From Verrucomicrobiota bacterium (GTDB lineage: Bacteria > Verrucomicrobiota > Verrucomicrobiia > Opitutales > Cerasicoccaceae), in assembly GCA_039818205.1 (NCBI GenBank), contig JBCBUK010000034.1, positions 1 through 12,117 on the forward strand: a DNA stretch of 12,117 nucleotides. The letters run 5' to 3'. Every line of letters starts with the position of its first letter. Position 1 is the first letter of the stretch. This document shows, one piece after another, positions 8,412-12,117 of the stretch. The notes under the pieces are model-generated. The model was not told the origin of the DNA, made no database searches, and was given only the letters and a program-made list of their open reading frames with translations. A program made the translations under genes and the position numbers.

Positions 8412-9890
8412 TTAGTGAGTTGTTGCTAGTGGTGACCATTTTGCAGGCGTTAGAGCAGCGATGTCGTCCTGGTTGGTCATCTTGGGCAAGCGTGAGAGGA
8501 CATCACGCAGGTATTGCAATGGATCGATTTGGTGTCGTTGGCAGGATACGACGATGGAGTAGATGATGGCGGATCGTTGGCCGGCCTTGGGGTGTCCGAT
8601 GAACAGGAAGTTTTTCTTGCCGATGGCCGAGGGACGGATGGCATTTTCCATGAGGTTGTTATCGATCTCGGCGATGCCGTGCTCTTGAAAGACGATGAGC
8701 TTGGGCCATTGGGAGCGGGCGTAGGTGCAGGCTTTGCCGGGTGCGGACTTCGGCAGGGCTTCTCGGCTGGCGATGGTGATGACTTTTTGCAGGCGTGCCA
8801 GGGTGGTTTCGTTTTCGCTCTGACGGCGCGCTTGGCGTTGTTCCGGCGAGAGTGCTTCTTGTCGGTAGATAGCCTCGCGCTGGTAAAGCTTACCGATGAG
8901 TTTGAGCACCAGTGTCGCTTCGCGCGGGTGCGACTTGAGGGCTTCGTAAAACTTACGCCGGGCATGGGCCATGCAGCCCAGGGCGGTGACGCCGCTGCGC
9001 TGAGCGTAATCGCCATAGGCCCCATAGGCGTCGGATTGGAGCAGGCCACGATAGCCATCGAGCAGACTAGTGAGTTCGCCATGACGGCGCGACAGGCGCC
9101 AGTCAAAGACCACGTCACCGCCCGGGCGCGAGATGGCCCAGAGCCAACCCTGTTCGGTTTTGCCTTTTTTCTGATCGGGGTCGCAATAACGCACCGGCGT
9201 TTCATTGGCCTGGATGTAACCGCCGCTGAGCAGGTCGCTTCGCATGTAATTATAGATCGGTTTGAGCCACTCGGCAACGGCTTCAACCCAGTCGGCCATC
9301 GTTTTGCGCGAGAGCTGTGCGCCCCACATCGCCGAAGCTTTTTCCTGCCGATAAAGCGGCATGTGCTGCACATACTTAGAGAGGACGATCCAGGCGAGCA
9401 GGCCCGGCGACGCATAGCTGCCGTCGATCACCCGCGAGGGTGCCGGAGCAATCATCGGCGGCTGCGAGCGGTCCGCTTTGCATCGATACTTGGGACGCAC
9501 GATGCGACGTTTGAACAGCTTCGGCGGATGGATATCCACCTCAAAGGTCTCTTCCTGGCTAATCTGCTCGAAGGACTCGGGCCCGGCCTGGACTTCCTCC
9601 GGCTCGATCACCACGGTCACCTCAACGGGCAGATCCTTGAAGCGCTCGGCGGGCGTCTCGTGTTTGCCCGCCCTCGGAGCACGACGCTCATAAGCGATGC
9701 TTTGCGAAGCAGAGTCGTCCAGCTGACGCTCCAGCGCTTCAAGCTGCAAACGCAGTTGCGCGGCATCCAGTTGCTCACTTTTGCCCGAACCAAAGAGTTG
9801 CTGCTTAAGCCAGCCAATCTGCTCTTTTAGGAGATTGTTTTCCAGCTTCAGCTGCTGGTTCTCCTCCAAGATGGCCTCGGCGCTGGACAT
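8412..9890 (-). CDS. tnpC: IS66 DDE transposase TnpC, possibly inactive (ADET->ANET)
   Basis: Leucine-zipper N-terminus with FGSGKSEQ, SKYVQHMPLYRQ, LQSDAYGAY, CMAHARRKF, IDNNLMENAIRPSAIGKKNFLFIG, YLRDVL and LTPAKW motifs. Confidence 0.95.
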   Translation of the reverse strand: MSSAEAILEENQQLKLENNLLKEQIGWLKQQLFGSGKSEQLDAAQLRLQLEALERQLDDSASQSIAYERRAPRAGKHETPAERFKDLPVEVTVVIEPEEVQAGPESFEQISQEETFEVDIHPPKLFKRRIVRPKYRCKADRSQPPMIAPAPSRVIDGSYASPGLLAWIVLSKYVQHMPLYRQEKASAMWGAQLSRKTMADWVEAVAEWLKPIYNYMRSDLLSGGYIQANETPVRYCDPDQKKGKTEQGWLWAISRPGGDVVFDWRLSRRHGELTSLLDGYRGLLQSDAYGAYGDYAQRSGVTALGCMAHARRKFYEALKSHPREATLVLKLIGKLYQREAIYRQEALSPEQRQARRQSENETTLARLQKVITIASREALPKSAPGKACTYARSQWPKLIVFQEHGIAEIDNNLMENAIRPSAIGKKNFLFIGHPKAGQRSAIIYSIVVSCQRHQIDPLQYLRDVLSRLPKMTNQDDIAALTPAKWSPLATTH

Positions 9891-9948
9891 GCGCTTATGC
9901 CAATCATTAACGCATCCATGTCAACCCACTTTGCTAAACAAAGCCGAT

Positions 9949-10293
9949 CTAAGCTTCATACCAGGCCTTCTGCATGCCGTCCTTCAAGTCAATGCCGTTC
10001 ATCAACATCGCCAAGGCTGCGGGTTTGATCGTAAGCTTACGCTCATCGCTGCCCAGCGGCCAGGTCAACCGACCTTGCTCAAGGCGTTTGGCAAACACCC
10101 ACACGCCCGTTCCATCAAAATAAAGTAGCTTGAGCCGATTGCGGGCCTTGTTCGTAAAGGCAAACAACGCGCCGCCCTTGGGATCTTCGCCAAGTTGATC
10201 ACGCGCCACCGCCCACAAGCCGTCAAACTGCTTACGCATGTCCACCGGCTCAACCGCAACGAACACGCGGAGCTGATTCGGAAGACTCAGCAT
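9949..10293 (-). CDS. tnpB: IS66 accessory protein TnpB (Orf2; unrelated to IS200/IS605 TnpB nucleases)
   Basis: VFVAVEPVDMRKQFDGL, LFAFTNKARNRLKLLYFDGTG, KRLEQGRLTWP. Confidence 0.95.
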   Translation of the reverse strand: MLSLPNQLRVFVAVEPVDMRKQFDGLWAVARDQLGEDPKGGALFAFTNKARNRLKLLYFDGTGVWVFAKRLEQGRLTWPLGSDERKLTIKPAALAMLMNGIDLKDGMQKAWYEA

Positions 10294-10637
10294 CCCAGCG
10301 CCTTGGCCAAAACTGCCAACGACTCGGCATCACCACCGCGCAAGACCATCCCATCGGGCAGGATGACTTCCAGAACCGCTGTCAAGGATGGCGACAGTGA
10401 TACCTCCTGAAAGAGATTGACCGCTTGGGTACTCGCATCACTGCGGCTCTTTTGACGACGCTGACGAAGCCAATAAATGAACGTGCTGTAGGTAATACCC
10501 TCACGCTCAGCAAAAGCCTTCTGTGTCAGCCCGCTCACATCATAAGCCGCCAGCAAACGCTCACGTTCGACCTCGCTCTCAATCCGACGACCACAACTGT
10601 CACGCTTCAAACCCGTATCGACAATCTCGACATCCAT
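10287..10637 (-). CDS. tnpA: IS66 accessory protein TnpA (HTH)
   Basis: SGLTQKAFAEREGITYSTFIYW HTH and C-terminal LEVILPDGMVLR; first ORF after the IS66 left end; overlaps the tnpB start. Confidence 0.88.
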   Translation of the reverse strand: MDVEIVDTGLKRDSCGRRIESEVERERLLAAYDVSGLTQKAFAEREGITYSTFIYWLRQRRQKSRSDASTQAVNLFQEVSLSPSLTAVLEVILPDGMVLRGGDAESLAVLAKALGC

Positions 10638-10696
10638 CCAAATAGAATAGCATACGGAAAACCCTCAGGGAAGGTGGCAGAAGATCGGACGCTTAC

Positions 10697-11067
10697 CATG
10701 ATTACGATGCGTGGCTTGTTGAGGCAGCCCCGTGGATAGGCCCTGTCGACACAGACGAGCACGAGGCGGGGGCACTTGTAATCCTTCCTCCCGGCGCACG
10801 CGTTGCACGACCTTCTTGCTGGCCATCCAGCCAGCTTCGCGTAGCTTGGCGGCGATTTTGCGGTAGCCTAGCGTCGGATGGTCGCGGCTCATATTCACAA
10901 TCTGCTCCTCCAGCAAACGCTTCTTCTCGGGCGGCTCCTTGGGCCGATAATGGTAAGTCGAGCGGTGGATGCCCAGCCAGCGGCACACCTGTCTCCCGGA
11001 ACAAGCCAACGCGGCCACGACCCTCGAAGCCGCACCGCGTTGACGCTCCGGGCTCAGACGTTTTTTT
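10697..11067 (-). pseudogene. IS3 transposase OrfB N-terminal part (HTH_21 region); integrase/DDE core lost
   Basis: The -1 frame reads KRLSPERQR...SGRQVCRWLGIHRSTYHY...HPTLGYRKIAAKLREAGW...KKVVQRVRREEGL...QATHRNH and is cut just before the expected W..DF start of the rve core. Confidence 0.88.
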
Positions 11068-11317
11068 CCAAAGCAATCTCCAGGGCCTTGGCCTTCAACA
11101 TTTGATCGGCCAGCAGTTTCTTCAGCTCACTGTTCTCTTTTTCCAGATCGCGTAAACGCTGCGCTTCCTTCACACCCATGCCGCCATACTTGTCCTTCCA
11201 GCGGTGATAAGTCGCCGGACTCATGTTGTGCGCACGGCAAGCTTCATCGACGCTCAAGCCTTCGCTCTCGCGCAAGATGCGGATCATCTGTTCGGTGGTT
11301 CTACGGCTCTTTTTCAT
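11054..11317 (-). CDS. IS3-family transposase OrfA (HTH), intact
   Basis: MKKSRRTTEQMIRILRE...MSPATYHRWKDKYGGM...RLRDLEKENSELKKLLAD...LEKN. Confidence 0.92.
   Translation of the reverse strand: MKKSRRTTEQMIRILRESEGLSVDEACRAHNMSPATYHRWKDKYGGMGVKEAQRLRDLEKENSELKKLLADQMLKAKALEIALEKNV
11060..11067 (-). promoter_or_regulatory. Programmed -1 ribosomal frameshift site (A7C, slippery A AAA AAC)
   Basis: Minus strand GG-AAAAAAA-CGTCTGA at the end of orfA; a -1 shift enters the orfB frame, as is standard for IS3. Confidence 0.8.
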
Positions 11318-11386
11318 GGTCGATTTTCCGGGTTTTGACAGAAAATCATCTCATTAGCAACGGACCGATTTTGGGAGGTCCAGCCA

Positions 11387-11518
11387 CAGCAGCTTATTGA
11401 GCGTCTCCTCGACGCTCTGCGTTATCTGGCGATCCAGATGATCGCGCAGCTGCGCCTCATCCAGACGAATGATCTTATCGCCGCATGCGGCGGCGGTGTC
11501 TGTGTCCGTATCGTTCAT
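11387..11518 (-). pseudogene. IS256 (mutator-type) transposase N-terminal 44 codons
   Basis: MNDTDTDTAAACGDKIIRLDEAQLRDHLDRQITQSVEETLNKLL matches the recalled IS256 N-terminal pattern (..VEETLN.LL.AEAD..RYER). The following WLDLPK residues come from the IS3 end. Confidence 0.75.
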
Positions 11519-11589
11519 CGATCTTGGTTCGTTCTCAGAACCTTCCTCACAAGCGCAAATCAAATGTGCGAAACAATAACTACGTTATC
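11387..11589 (-). mobile_element. IS256-family element, left-end fragment interrupted by IS3 element B
   Basis: The minus strand starts GATAACGTAGTTATTGTTTCGCACATT at 11589, resembling IS256-type ends (GATAA.GT...), followed by an IS256-like transposase N-terminus. Confidence 0.72.
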
Positions 11590-12117
11590 ATGCTTGTTGG
11601 ACTATATGAGCTTATCAATAACGCCTAAGTATCCTTGGCTGTTTGCCTTAGGATAAAACCTATTCCGAATGCGATCGTAAAATATTCTATATTTGAATAA
11701 ATTTCAGAGATTTCTCTTGCCTATGTGACATTTGGTTGAATAATATTTTTATAAGCACTGCGACGCATTCGTTTCATCTTGTATTGTTCCTTTCAAAGAC
11801 CAAACACAGTCAATAAAAATGGACTCGCTTAAGGGGACCCAAGCACGTTCCTTGATGACCAGACTGATAGTCCATGGCTTATCACACAACTCTCAGGTTT
11901 CGTCGTGACTACTTCATTTTATCAAAAATGACCGACCAAAACCTCTCGGTGCAAACCGTGTCTTCCGCCAAAGGAGATGGTTTTGAAAGTTTCTTTTGTT
12001 TCGTTCGAACTGTATTCACTGTCGATGAGTTGTTCAAGGAGTTAGGCATAAAAAAACAATGCTTGACGCTCACCCTAAGGGCTTAGCCGAGATTCTGATC
12101 GTCGGAGCAAGCTCGAC

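Larger units (their letters stand above)
8338..10696 (-). mobile_element. IS66-family insertion sequence, both ends present (2359 bp), no target-site duplication
   Basis: Imperfect terminal inverted repeats GTAAGCGACCGACC (from 8338, +) and GTAAGCGTCCGATC (from 10696, -) enclose tnpA-tnpB-tnpC. The 8-bp flanks differ: GAAGGAGG (8330-8337) versus CATGATTA (10697-10704). Confidence 0.95.
10697..11386 (-). mobile_element. IS3-family element B (IS407-group-like), left part only, truncated by IS66
   Basis: On the minus strand it begins TGGCTGGACCTCCCAAAATCGG at 11386 (5'-TG end, exactly where the IS256 frame breaks), then complete orfA, frameshift site and the first part of orfB up to the IS66 end. 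Confidence 0.88.

Noticed and set aside
8477..9415. 312-aa alternative-frame ORF inside tnpC
   Set aside because: Arg/Pro/Ser-rich off-frame translation typical of high-GC coding DNA.
8514..9830. 438-aa + strand ORF
   Set aside because: Antisense shadow of the GC-rich tnpC; no recognisable motifs.
9949..10293. 'TnpB' as an RNA-guided nuclease
   Set aside because: This is the 114-aa IS66 accessory Orf2 with no RuvC motifs; the name is shared only.
10702..11076. 124-aa minus-strand ORF as IS3 OrfB
   Set aside because: Wrong frame; the OrfB motifs are in the frame of 10665..11018.
12041..12047. GTTAGGC as an integron attC/attI core
   Set aside because: No matching RYYYAAC inverse core at a suitable distance and no integrase or cassette array in the window.
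11874..12086. 70-aa ORF and surrounding AT-rich region 11590-12117
   Set aside because: No recognisable homology or start signal. Promoter-like hexamers (TTGCCT 11717, TTGACG 12063) lack convincing -10 partners, so it is left unannotated.

Overview
Bacterial accessory region, probably from a PVC/Verrucomicrobia-like host (inferred from the 'DP..A..W' repeat protein and SD-less, A/C-rich leaders). The left part (1-7659, all + strand) holds a 5'-truncated hypothetical gene, a membrane-anchored helical-repeat protein, a tightly coupled molybdenum-hydroxylase operon (xdhC, mocA, 2Fe-2S small subunit, Tat-signal IorB-like large subunit), an ~840 bp intergenic stretch containing (AACCCC)5, and a divergent, strongly basic secreted GH16-like hydrolase. 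The right part (~8036-11589) is a GC-richer stack of four insertion sequences. A two-ended IS66 (8338-10696) has no target-site duplication, carries ADET->ANET in its transposase and joins the 5' halves of two different, convergent IS3 elements. The right-hand IS3 itself interrupts an IS256-family transposase. I found no clear-cut new biological system. The best leads are the rearranged, probably immobilised IS junction, the atypical GH16, the stand-alone exported molybdo-enzyme bracketed by a 13-bp direct repeat, and the G-quadruplex-type hexamer tract. All assignments come from reading motifs by eye; no database searches were run.
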